Shown: positions 53,307 to 64,000 of the stretch, one piece after another | How the letters are laid out: each line of letters opens with the position of its first letter | How positions within the stretch are numbered: the stretch's first letter is position 1 | Assembly: GCA_003693705.1 (NCBI GenBank) | Contig: RBZT01000861.1 | Span: 1 to 64,000, forward strand | Source of the DNA: Polymyxa betae A26-41 | Taxonomy: Eukaryota; Protista; Endomyxa: Phytomyxea | Reading direction: 5' to 3' | DNA: 64,000 bases | Made by a program: the position numbers and the translations under genes | The notes under the pieces: generated by a model | Databases searched by the model: none | The model's input: only the letters and a program-made list of their open reading frames with translations | What the model was told of the DNA's origin: nothing

Positions 53307-54578
53307 ATGGTGCGACAGCGATCCTATGATATAGGCATCGTCGGGGCGACCGGCTACACCGGTCGTCTCGTCATGCAAAGCTTGAGCAGAGCGCGCCCTG
53401 ACCTCAAGATCGTGGCGTCGTCTCGTCAGCCCGATCAGCTAACAAAATTGGCGCATAGTATGGGCTCGATTATCAGCGCTTGGCCGAAAGCTGTCGATAC
53501 TAACATGTATAACACGCTGGTGGACTTCGTATCTCATGCCAAGGTTATTATAGCCTGTGCTGGGCCATTCTACGAGATCGGAATTTCGGTAGTGAAAGCC
53601 TGCGTCGAGACCGGCACTCATTATGTTGATATCACCGGAGAAGTCGACTTCATGCGACGACTTATCGACGCTTTTGGCGCCCATGCTCGAATTGGCAACG
53701 TTCTCGTCGTTCCAGCTTGCGGTTTCGATAGCGTACCGTCAGATATGGGCGTATTTAGCTTGCAGAAGACTGCACCGTCCCCATTGATTCGTGTTGTCAA
53801 TTATGTCGAGTGGAAAGCCTCATACAGTGGCGGCACGATTCGAACCCTCTTCTCAACGATGAAAGATCCTTCTCGAAAGTTGATTCTGCACGACGCATTT
53901 GCACTCAACGAACGCCTCGACGAAACCGTTTCTCCCGGGAAGATGCCGAGCAAGTTCGAGATGGATATTCATGGAATCTCCTTCGAGCACAAACTTCGTA
54001 AATGGCTATGTCCTTCAATAATGGCGCCTATCAACACACGAGTTGTTCGACGTACTGTGTCTCTGTCTAGAGTGCACCCAGAACATCATCTGAATTTCCA
54101 TAACGATTTTGTCTATCGCGAGGTGAACCAATCTTCATCGCTCTTGAGCGCTATCGGTCCTACAGTTTTATCATTAGCGCTGTCTCCTGTAAAATGGGTA
54201 CTCTCGTGGTCTGTCTTCAATCGAATGCTGTCTTGGATCATACCATCATCGGGCGAAAAAGGCGGGCCGTCTGCCGAGCAGCGTAAAGGGCATCACTTCC
54301 GGTATCTTTTGATGGGATCGTGTCAGAATGGTGAAGAAGTCGAAGTTCAAGTTTTTGGTGGAGATCCGTATGATGTTACTGGTGAAACAGCAGCGCTAGC
54401 AGCAATCTGTATTTTGGAGAACGAGGAAGCTCTGTTACAGGAGCTAAACGGTGGTGGAGTCTTTACTCCTGCATACGCGCTCGGCGAGAAATATCTGAAG
54501 AAATTGCAGTCTTCTGAGGTGTTAAAATTCGACATCAAAGGAGGTCAGGATAACTGGGTGTCAATCGCTAGCGGTTAA
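53307..54578 (+). CDS. Saccharopine dehydrogenase-like oxidoreductase (SCCPDH / trans-acting enoyl reductase family), copy 1
   Basis: GATGYTG, CAGPF, HYVDITGE, CGFDSVPSD, SGGT and GGVFTPA motifs. Intronless. Confidence 0.92.
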   Translation: MVRQRSYDIGIVGATGYTGRLVMQSLSRARPDLKIVASSRQPDQLTKLAHSMGSIISAWPKAVDTNMYNTLVDFVSHAKVIIACAGPFYEIGISVVKACVETGTHYVDITGEVDFMRRLIDAFGAHARIGNVLVVPACGFDSVPSDMGVFSLQKTAPSPLIRVVNYVEWKASYSGGTIRTLFSTMKDPSRKLILHDAFALNERLDETVSPGKMPSKFEMDIHGISFEHKLRKWLCPSIMAPINTRVVRRTVSLSRVHPEHHLNFHNDFVYREVNQSSSLLSAIGPTVLSLALSPVKWVLSWSVFNRMLSWIIPSSGEKGGPSAEQRKGHHFRYLLMGSCQNGEEVEVQVFGGDPYDVTGETAALAAICILENEEALLQELNGGGVFTPAYALGEKYLKKLQSSEVLKFDIKGGQDNWVSIASG

Positions 54579-54746
54579 TCGTTATCATAGGAGGCAAGCC
54601 TGTTACGGCAGGTTAATAGAACCGAAATACATTTGACATGTTTGTTGTGCATTATCAGCCGAACGGCCCCAAAATTAATGAACATTTTTGGATTTCGGAG
54701 ACCGCCTTCAGTAGTTCATAAAATTCTCAAATTCAGATTCGTTAAA

Positions 54747-56012
54747 ATGGCTCCCAGTCGCCGCCCTTACCAAGTGGGTGTCATTGGTGCAACTGGTTTC
54801 ACAGGTCGCCTTGTGATGCGTCGCCTAATTCGCAATCGGCCCGAGCTTCGTATTTTGTCATCATCCCGAAAGCCGGATGCATTGAAGGCGATCGTGGAAG
54901 GCATGAACATTCCGGGCATAACAGCTTGGGATCATCCTGTCAGCTCAGAATCATATAACAGTCTAGTTGACTTCGTATCTCTGGTCGATGTTGTCATCGC
55001 CTGCGCTGGTCCGTTCTTCGATGTCGGCATGCCGGTTGTACGCGCTTGCGTTCAACGAGGCACCCATTACGTCGATATCAACGCTGAGATTGATTTCATT
55101 CGAAGGGTAATCGATGAATTCGGGGCCCATGCCCGTTCTGGAAATGTACTCGTGTTGCCCGCCTGCGGCTTCAATTGCGTTGCCGATATGAGTGTCCTGT
55201 TTGCACAACAGCTGACCCAATCTCCCATCACGCGTGTCTTAAATTTGGTTTCTATGAAGTCGTCGATGAGTGGCGGATCGTTCAAGACACTATTAGCCGT
55301 CGCGAACGACGAGAGTCGCTGGCGTGTAATTCGCGACGCTTTTGCATTAAACGAGCACCTTGATCCGGTGTGTGGTCCAACATCCGACCCGACCGATTTC
55401 GAAGCGGATGCGTTCGCTTTAAAATACGACAATGATCGTGGAAAGTGGACTGGCCCTAGTGCCACAGCCGTCGTCGATACCAGAATTGTTCGACGAACGG
55501 CGTCGCTCGCTCGCCTCCATCCCGAACGCCATTTCAAACTGAATCCAAAGTTCGAGTACCGCGAACTGCACGAATCAGATTCGTTTCTGTCTGCCGTTGT
55601 CCCAACCACTCTGGCGATGTTGCAGTCGCCAGTAAAGTGGGCATTGTCAATGCCATTAATCAATCGAGTTACAGAAATGCTGATGCCACAACCCAAGGAC
55701 GAATCTGGTCCAGATGAACTCACACGACGTGAGAATTGGTTCCGATTCCGAATCGAGGCCAAGACCGAGCAAAACGAGCAGATTCTCTTCGACCTTGCTG
55801 GCGGTGATTTCTACGACGTTTCCGCCGAGACGGCGGCCCTAGCGGCTATCTGTATCCTCGACGAGAAAGAGGCGATTCTTAAAGAGCTTCAAGGCGGCGG
55901 CATTTTCACACCGGCATTCGCTTTAGGCGAACGATACCTCGGACGTCTGAAGACGTCCCCTTTGCTGAAATTCCAATGCAAACAAGTCGAAGGTGCTGTC
56001 GCTGCTGCCTAA
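54747..56012 (+). CDS. Saccharopine dehydrogenase-like oxidoreductase, tandem copy 2
   Basis: GATGFTG, CAGPF, HYVDINAE, CGFNCVAD and GGIFTPA motifs. Colinear with copy 1 and intronless. Confidence 0.92.
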   Translation: MAPSRRPYQVGVIGATGFTGRLVMRRLIRNRPELRILSSSRKPDALKAIVEGMNIPGITAWDHPVSSESYNSLVDFVSLVDVVIACAGPFFDVGMPVVRACVQRGTHYVDINAEIDFIRRVIDEFGAHARSGNVLVLPACGFNCVADMSVLFAQQLTQSPITRVLNLVSMKSSMSGGSFKTLLAVANDESRWRVIRDAFALNEHLDPVCGPTSDPTDFEADAFALKYDNDRGKWTGPSATAVVDTRIVRRTASLARLHPERHFKLNPKFEYRELHESDSFLSAVVPTTLAMLQSPVKWALSMPLINRVTEMLMPQPKDESGPDELTRRENWFRFRIEAKTEQNEQILFDLAGGDFYDVSAETAALAAICILDEKEAILKELQGGGIFTPAFALGERYLGRLKTSPLLKFQCKQVEGAVAAA

Positions 56013-56060
56013 AGGCCCTCCTTTCAAAAGGATCGCGTGTGTCTGTTTTTTTATCAAGAA

Positions 56061-56137
56061 TAGCTCAAAACAGCTTTATTGAGAATGTTGGACCAATTAG
56101 CTCAAACAGCTTTTATTATGGGTGTTGGTCCAATTAG
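56061..56137. repeat. Imperfect 37-bp tandem duplication
   Basis: TAGCTCAAAACAGCTTTATTGAGAATGTTGGACCAAT is followed by TAGCTCAAACAGCTTTTATTATGGGTGTTGGTCCAAT. Confidence 0.8.
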
Positions 56138-56518
56138 GTGGCAAATCTGATAATAAGCGAGAGATAGATGACCAAGCACAGAATCAGAATGAAGGGATAG
56201 CCTCGATTAGCAATAGCCCGGGCGTAACGATCAGGCGACTGATCAAATAGGATCACGTTGGCGACCAGCAAGATCGGTGCGACTACCGATAGAACCGCTC
56301 TGTTCACACAACGATTCATGAAAGTCGGAAGGGCATTGAGACTTAGATGCCTACATGACGATAGCTCCAGCAATATGGAGCGTGCGGGGACGATTTTTTC
56401 CGATGATGATCGGATCATCGTCCAATAAATCGGCGTTCCTCAAGGTCTCAAGATCTTCGATTACAATTCGATTCAAGGGCGTTTTCAGCGATTGCTCACT
56501 AAACATCGACCCTTCCAT
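56134..56518 (-). CDS. Small two-exon, two-TM hypothetical membrane protein
   Basis: MEGSMFSEQ...LHIAGAIV splices via a GTAGGC...GAACAG intron in frame to AVLSVVAPILLVANVIL...YPFILILCLVIYLSLIIRFAT. Confidence 0.65.
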
Positions 56519-56597
56519 GATCGGCAAGCCTTTGTCGAAATGGCCGGCTCAATGCGGAAGAAGCAGAGGATGAGTCATGAATGGGTTTAAGACATTA

Positions 56598-57914
56598 TCA
56601 GCATTTATGAGATCCGTTCTTAGGGACGTTCTTGAAATGGTCGTAGATCACTGAGAAATCTTTTGCTTCGAATCCTTTTTCGCAAAGATACGAATAGATA
56701 TCGTGTGATTTGGTCGTTAGCGGGATCTCGGCCGTTACTTGTTTTGCTGCCTGACCATCAATCAACAAGTTAGTATCGTATTACCGAGTCTCAACAAGCG
56801 CCTGGGATACCTGAATTGCTAGCGTAAGGTCCTTCAGCATCAAGGCGCAAGCGAAGCCGCCATCGTAACTATTTGACGACGGGATGCCTTTCATAACGCC
56901 TGGAACAGGATTATAGCTATCGCTGGACCAACAGCGACCTGAGCTCGTATTGATGATCTCAGCGAGCACTTTCGGGTCCATGCCTAGCTTCACACCAATA
57001 TTCATACCTGCGAGCACATGGTCAGCAGCCAGGCAACCAACGACAGTTTCGATTAAAGACCTTCTGCTAGACCGATCATGCTTACTGCCAAGATCAGGTT
57101 ATTTGTCAGCTTGGCGACCTGACCCATACCGCTCTTTCTGCACCGATAGGTGAACAATTTTTCAAAAGTTCAAACAAGTCGCTAACCCACAATATTTGAT
57201 GTTTTTACCCATCGCGTTGAACAACGGGTGGATCTTCTTCAAAACATCTTCATCGCCGCCCACCATGAATGTCAATGTCGCTGCAAAAGTTTGTTGAAAA
57301 TGTGTCAACTAATGAGGGTAGGCAAGACCTTTAGCAGCGCCGGTGACGCCGCCGCTTACCGGAGCATCCAGCATCAAAACTTGGCTTTGTTTGGCTTCGG
57401 TCGAGACTTTCTGAGCGGTCTGTGGGTCGATCGTCGAACAATCAACCAGAACAGTGTCGGGATTGGCAGCCTTCAAGATCTCTTGGGCGACTTGGCTCAC
57501 CTGGTCGAAACATTCACAATAAGTTCTAACGATAAAAAAAGGGAGATCGCAAAACTTTGCAAAAACATCGATTTGGGTAAACTTCACTTACTTGTTCGGG
57601 CGTTCTTAGCATAGTGAAAATAATTTCGGATTTCTTCGCCAATGCTTCGATAGAATCAGCGATGTCGATTCCCGATGTCTTAAACTTGTCTAATGCATTT
57701 TTGTTGGTGTCGAAGACGGTTAACGCCTGCCCTGCTGCAGCCAGATTCGTGGCCATGGGACCTGTGATAGCAGTACATTCGAATTCCCGTCTGCCGCCCG
57801 ACGATCGTCAGCCTGACCTCCCATATGCCCCAGTCCGATGAAACCGACATTGAAAATCGCAGGGCCAGACGAAAACCTCCTCAGCAGATAAGATCTGCAC
57901 CCACGAGACAGCAT
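56598..57914 (-). CDS. HIBADH: 3-hydroxyisobutyrate dehydrogenase, mitochondrial
   Basis: [48 protein letters not shown] and KDFSVIY motifs. Confidence 0.96.
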
Positions 57915-58173
57915 TGCAATCTAAAAGATGGTTCTCAGTATTACAACTGAGGTTGCAACAGCATTACAGTATGTTAAAGTGCATAAAAAAGTGCCTTTAG
58001 CAAACAAAATTGCGAAAAACTTCCGGTAATCCTGAAGGAGAAATAGCAAAAAAAAGACAAAATTTGGAAAAAATGACTATATTTTGCGCAGTCCGCGACG
58101 GAGTTCAATCCGGTCTTGGGAAATTGCTGATTATTCAGCTGCATTTTTTTCCATTCGATAGAGAATTGTAGCG

Positions 58174-58611
58174 ATGTCAGCTGCGGTGGAATCGTATATG
58201 TGCCCCATAGCACAGCCAGCTGCTACCAGCAAGCTGTCTAAGCACTGTCTGAAACTTGTGAAGAAGGCCACGAAATCAAAGACCGCCCGACGTGGTGTCA
58301 AAGAAGTCGTCAAAGCTATTCGTAAAGGAGAGAAGGGGTACGTCTAGCTGAGTTCATCGTTCTTCTGGTTGTCTCACAAAGTGTTTAGAGTTTGCATTCT
58401 GGCTGGAAATATTTCCCCTGTTGATGTCATTTCTCATATTCCTGTTCTCTGTGAGGACAATCAGATCTCGTACGTGTTTGTCCCATCGAAGGAAGAGCTC
58501 GGCGCTGCTGGCAATACCAAAAGACCGACCAGCTGTGTTCTTATCAAGGCCGATGAATCTCACAAGGAGACCTACGACAAGGTTCTCAAAGAAATCACTG
58601 AAATGAAATAA
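58174..58611 (+). CDS. NHP2: H/ACA snoRNP subunit Nhp2 (L7Ae family)
   Basis: PIAQP, RRGVKEVVKAIRKGEKG, AGNISPVDVISHIPVLCED and TKRPTS motifs. One intron. Confidence 0.95.
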
Positions 58612-58702
58612 ACCCCATTCCACCTATTTTATTGTTAATACTGTATTTACAAAGCCTTCATTCGAGTTCAGTTTGTTTCAATGTGAGATTATTGCTTGCA
58701 AT

Positions 58703-60928
58703 TCAGGTATCAGTTTTGTCTTCATTCCACCCAATAGATCGTTGGACCGCCCTATAAGTGTGTTCAATTCGAGGATTAAAAATGCTCAAAAATTGCTACC
58801 TCGTATATTGATTAAAACACTCTTCATAGATGTGTTCTGGTTGAATTGGCTTGAATTGCTGATAGCTAGACGAGCGCTTTGCCATAAAGTCTTTCAATGA
58901 ACTCCAGAACCCAACAGAGAGCCCAGCTGCGATGGCAGCCCCCAGAGCCGTGGTTTCCAGCATTGATGGTCGCTCTGTCGGAATGTGCAAGACCTCCGAT
59001 TGAAGCTGCATGATGAAATCGGAAACCGACATACCGCCATCCACACGTAATTTTGATATTGTCACATTGGAATCGCTTTCCATCGCTTTGACAACCTACA
59101 CAGTATTGAGCATGATACCAACCCCGAATTTCAAGTATCACTTCTTTGATGGAGAAACATATAGATTCAAGGGCCTGCATAAGCTTAGAGGTGAAACAGA
59201 GCAGAGATCCCATTCTTACAGCTCTTGCAAGATGAGCTTTTTGAGAATACTGAGTTAGCCCAATAATCAATCTGAATAAGTAACTGAAGAAGTTAAAGGC
59301 TCTATTTTAACCTGACATACCCGCGAGCGTCATCTCTCCAATGAGGAGCAAATAAACCGCAAAACGCAGGAACGAAGTAAACGCCCCCATTGTCTTCGAC
59401 AGACGAAGCAAGCTGAGCTAGAAAAGACAGTATATTTAGATAAGCACTGGAGCGGGTTCCGGTCAGAGGCTTAACTAATTTCGTGTACGTCTGAAATTAG
59501 GTTCATATTATCACGCAGCCATTGGATAAGTGCACCAGAGTAAGCGATAGAGCCCTTAAAAACAATTAGCAGGGATCGATAATGAAGAAAATTTGTTGCC
59601 AACTTCAAGCGCGAACTGTACAAGTTCATTGGGTCCAAGCTTAGCAGTGATAGTGGTTAGCAATCCATGTTTACTCTGTATGATTTCAGATCCGGTGTTC
59701 AACAGCATAAATGCTCCCGTCCCATATGTGGTTTTAATGTCCCCTTTCTGAAGACACAATTGCCCAACCATAGCTGCTCATTTCAAAAGAATGAGCTGTC
59801 ACAAAGAAAAGAATCTGACCTGCGTGCTGATCACCAATGCAGCCGGATATTGGAACACCATCTAGTAACGAAGCTGCGTTAATTCTGCCAATAAACTCGC
59901 TATTCCTGAAATTGAAATGAGCATCTAGAAAATTTTTTGACTTCGTGTCATTTACGAGATAATACGAGGAAGACAGGACAGTGGAATGTTCAGTTCTGAG
60001 CATATTTTCTCACTCCAAGACAGTGAGTGAAGATCAAACAGCATCGTACGCGACGCGTTCGTCAGATCCTGAAAACGCTCAGCCAACCAACAAAACCAAA
60101 CTAAAAAAGGCTCGCAAATACAGTGACATGCAATCCTCCAGAGGTGCCTCCAGTTAAATTCTGTCAACATGAAGTCGTCAGGTAGAAGTAGTATAAAAGT
60201 AGAACTTCATCACCCAGATAAGCCAGGAGTCGATTGTGCCAAAGTAGCAAGACCCTTCAGCAAATGCTTTCGCGACCGCAGGAATGTTTTCTATCATCCA
60301 AATACTGGTACTGAAATTAGAAAGTAAAGCATCCAATTAAACGGGCAACTCCACATCTTCGTTGCTGAGAAATAAGTTGATATGGGAAGGCCGCAAATGG
60401 GGCGAAAATAGTCTCTTGAACCGAATCGCTGAGCCAATGAACTACAAACAGAGGAGGTACGTGAGTCTAACCACACTGGACAAATTGAATTGGGGAATTA
60501 GTTTGATATATAATAGCATACAGATTGCATTGTAAAGAGGGGATCCGGATGATTTGTCCCAAACCACGACAGATTCTCGTTGGTTTGTAATACCGATCCC
60601 AACGACTTGCTCTTTTTGGAACTTTTTCATCACCTGATCCATGCAGGCTTTTGTGATGGATAGCAACATCATCGGATCATGCTCAGCCCATCTAGGATGT
60701 TATCAATGAATGTCAACGGACTGTTGCTCATGCCAACCCAGGATGCGATGAAATAATTTTGTTTTCAATCTGATGACTGTCGACAATATCCCCGGCTTCG
60801 TTAAACAACGCAAACCTGGACGGTAATGTTCACCAAATCTACCAGACACTATGGTGGATGGCACGATACCTGGTCGACGAGGTTCCCTGATCGATGGCGC
60901 CTACGAAGCGCTTCGAAGAGCCAGACAT
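58703..60928 (-). CDS. GK: Glycerol kinase
   Basis: [52 protein letters not shown] and ETTALGAA motifs. Confidence 0.97.
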
Positions 60929-61205
60929 GGTTGTAATCCTTTAGAAAAGTAAGTTCAGCCAGCCAGCCCAACAGAATGAAAAATGAAATCATCATGGGCA
61001 CATCAATGAGGTAACAGAACAAGGGACGCGGCCTTCACTACGAGCTCATTACCAGTATCGCTTTGATCTGTTCAGACCTAAGCCTAGATGCAATGGCAAC
61101 CTATTCTGCAAACAAAGCATAGTCGATGAGGATGATCAGACGTTGCTGATCTGCGGACAAAACACAATGAAACCTCGAGAATTGGATATTATTTATTTGA
61201 AACGA

Positions 61206-63607
61206 CTACGACAGCTCCAGAAGACGATTTAGGTTGGAGAAACTTCTCAGCAGTAAATCTGATTCTCCAAGCAAATCGGAGATAATGAGTTGGATCTATT
61301 GAAACGATTGAGAAAGGATAGAAGATAGGACAAACCTTGCCATACGCTTTCACGATCTAGCTGCGACAACCAAAGCAGCAATGTCGACTTCGCTTCATCT
61401 GTCTGATGGTGTATTGGCGTAATCAAGAAACCTGAGGTCACCGATGCTCGTAGAGCTTTGTTCCCTTTCAATACTGACCGTTTGACAATGGAAAACGAAC
61501 CATCCGATTCCGTTCTCCAGCAACGAACCAGGGTAAGATCGAATGGTTTCGACGAGGCGGATTCCCCGAGATATAATTCCTCAACAATCTGAGAAACATT
61601 CAGTTCAACCGTCGCCGACAAAGGACTTACAATACATCGATATTATCATCAATTCGCTGAACAATTTGAGTGGAGTGGATTTTCAAATCCCATTCTTTTC
61701 GACGCCTTTCATCAAGAATCAGGTTGAAAACGGCCGTTGGGTCAGCAGAAAGAGCAGCTGCCAGACGGACGATATATTGGCCTTCAGAGATTTGTTTGTG
61801 GACGATCTGGTATGAGGTCAGTCAGCATTCACTTTTGTGTACACAAGGCATTGGAACCTGGATAAGACTGGAGTTGTGCGTTAATGGCACAGAAACTGTT
61901 TTCCAACCTTGGTCAGAAGAAGCAGCATTGTGCAATGTTTCGAAAGCTGACTTGGATATCTAAGCCAAGATGAACAACAAGCAGCAAAAACTACATAATC
62001 GCACATTTTGACAATATTGAACAGTTAATTTGGGAGAGTCGTCAGATCGCTCGTGCTGTCGATCAACAAGTAGTCCATGATCCTCAGCAACGATTGCCTT
62101 CCGTTGAACCCATCGTTGAAACTGTACATTCATCCACTGAGCAACTAATAAGACTGGAGTTCTTCAACGTTGAACCTCTTGGCGGGCTGTAACATCCAAT
62201 AAACATTTCTACAGCAGATTCAGAGTTCACTATGTAGCCAGTACAAATGACTGACATCTGCTGTCCAGCCAGGCACCGTCTGAGATAAGATATACGCCAG
62301 TTGAAAGGCTGGGCTTGCTCGGTCGTAGATGATATGACGGTGAAGGTTAAGCTTCTTGACGGTTGAAAGATCAAATGTTGCCACGACCTCAAGAAACTGT
62401 TGGGCATCTGACGACATAATAAGCGAAAGTGAAACTAAACGGGAATAGTATAAACCTTTATTCTTCTCGACGTCCAGTAGCCTACAGATGAAGTCGAGGG
62501 CTGCCTTGCTAGACACCATCGAGTAATTGAGATCGCCACAGGCCCATATTAACCTATAAATTATAAGGTTATCGACGAGCTAGAAACTCACCTAAGCCTT
62601 AAACTGACCCCAGTTCTTTAGCACTTGAACCCTCAAATAGAATAATTATCAATTCTGATGTGAATCCTGATGGGAATGTCAGGCGATTGGAAATCGCAAC
62701 CTAGATACGTAATTACTTGGTCTCGATGAGAAATAATATTGTTGAAATGTCCTGATCGCATGAACTCTTTGCAAATTTTAATCCAATTGCAGAGATGAAC
62801 GTCAAATGATTACTTATTAGGAATCGTATTTAGCACTGTGATGAAATCTCGAACTTTCCGCTCTTCAGCTGAGACATTACCCCCTCGACGTTTCGTCGAC
62901 AATGCAGATGTATCGATATCCTTGCTTGGAGAGACATCGCGGCCACTAAATTACGTATTATATTTCGATTGTACCGGTGATAGCTTGGCACCAACGTTGA
63001 AGGAGATGGCGTGCTGGAATCACTTTGTTTGATCAGCATCGGGCGCACGCTATCGGGAACAGCAAGAAACTGAAGAACACAAGGTAGACTAACTAAAGTA
63101 CGAGATCTCAATAGTTCAGTGAGATATGCTAAATAAAGAAATTAGGGAAGGCTAACAAAGAATTATTGGTTGGAACCTTGCAACTCAAGCTTTCGCTTTT
63201 CGACAAAATCAACTGCCAATGATCTGGTTAGGCTAAAAGGATATTAAACGTTGCCTTATGGGTCATTTAATCGCTGTTTACCGCTTGGGAGGAAGATAGG
63301 GAAGGCGGATTGTGCCATCTTGACCATTAGTAGCAATTTTCAAAAGCTGACCAGAAATTAGTCGAAATGGTTGGAGAACCAGTTAGGAAGTTGAGCCAAC
63401 CTCTTGATGTAAAGCGAAGAAATCGGAATACCTTCTGTAAATAACCCATTTAATCGTCGAGCTAGATCGAACTTCAATTTCATAGATCTTAGCATGGAAT
63501 TAGCGCGATGCCAGCAGAGACTATCAAATCAGCCATACAGTATAGGGCGTCTTCTGGTCTCGGACGGTATTGCTGGCGGTCAGTTGACAGTAGATTGGAT
63601 ATTCCAT
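61206..63607 (-). CDS. PX-domain protein with C-terminal START-like domain (multi-exon)
   Basis: Spliced N-terminus KTPYT-IYEIEV...WVIYRRYSDFFALH...LPYLPPK...VEKRKLELQ.YL..LL...VLQFL is a PX domain. The C-terminus DLTLVRCWRTESDGSFSIVKRSV...SGFLITP...WLSQLD is START-like. Confidence 0.8.
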
Positions 63608-63909
63608 GGAGACGATGACACTGTTTTAGCAAGAAGAAATGCATTTAGCGGAATGCGGGTTTCATGGATCATGATTGGGAGTTAAAATACATTTTGGAAT
63701 GAAAGTAATCGCACCAAAGAGCTGCCACGATTTATAAAAATCTACCGATTGTTCGAGTCTACAATTCTCCTTTATGTCAAGTACAATAGATAACATTTAC
63801 TCCAAACTGAAGAGAATACGAAGTATAGATTGAAAATCGCAATGTTAATACTGTTATATATATAGTAGCAAGACACAATTTGGACATATTCATCATTACA
63901 GTACTAACA

Positions 63910-64000
63910 CTACTCGGCATCCCAGCTGGCCTCCACAATTTCATTGATCCGGCGATCGTATTCCCTGCGATTTTCTTGGTACAGACGAGCAGCTTCAAGA
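63910..64000 (-). CDS. RAD6: Ubiquitin-conjugating enzyme Rad6/UBE2A, C-terminal end (partial)
   Basis: A frame not shown in the ORF track reads LEAARLYQENRREYDRRINEIVEASWDAE*, the characteristic Rad6 C-terminus. Confidence 0.88.
   Translation of the reverse strand, partial: LEAARLYQENRREYDRRINEIVEASWDAE

Noticed and set aside
63777-63998. ORF-track peptide MKLLVCTKK...
   Set aside because: Wrong frame. The real coding frame is the Rad6 C-terminus ending at 63910.

Overview
Compact, intron-rich eukaryotic (protist) genomic DNA, not prokaryotic. Introns are mostly about 45-60 nt GT-AG and intergenic spacers are short. A flagellar TTC29-like gene and CCCTAAAA-type motifs fit a zoosporic protist such as a plasmodiophorid, but that assignment is inference only. 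Bases 1-4600 are decayed transposon debris: a frameshifted Crypton/Ndc10-type tyrosine-recombinase element, a MITE-like inverted repeat, a MULE/FAR1-like remnant, an LTR-like insert, two LINE RT fragments and a perfect 70-bp palindrome. Bases 4900-64000 hold about 30 mostly housekeeping genes: MATE transporter, eIF3m, FAD monooxygenase, Qri7/OSGEPL1, sideroflexin, Eaf3/MRG15, Rpn1, TTC29, an SR protein, a thiolase-like protein, iPGM, DeSI-PUL, ABCE1, Tom22, importin-5, Cdc123, an OTC-like protein, dTMP kinase, an RFC subunit, prenylcysteine oxidase, two tandem SCCPDH-like genes, HIBADH, Nhp2, glycerol kinase, a PX-START protein and the Rad6 3' end. I found no clear novel multi-gene system. The best leads are three intact genes with altered catalytic motifs (OTC-like, thiolase-like, FAD monooxygenase), the PX+START architecture, telomere-like boxes in promoter regions and the perfect palindrome. 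Gene spans were spliced by eye and include introns.
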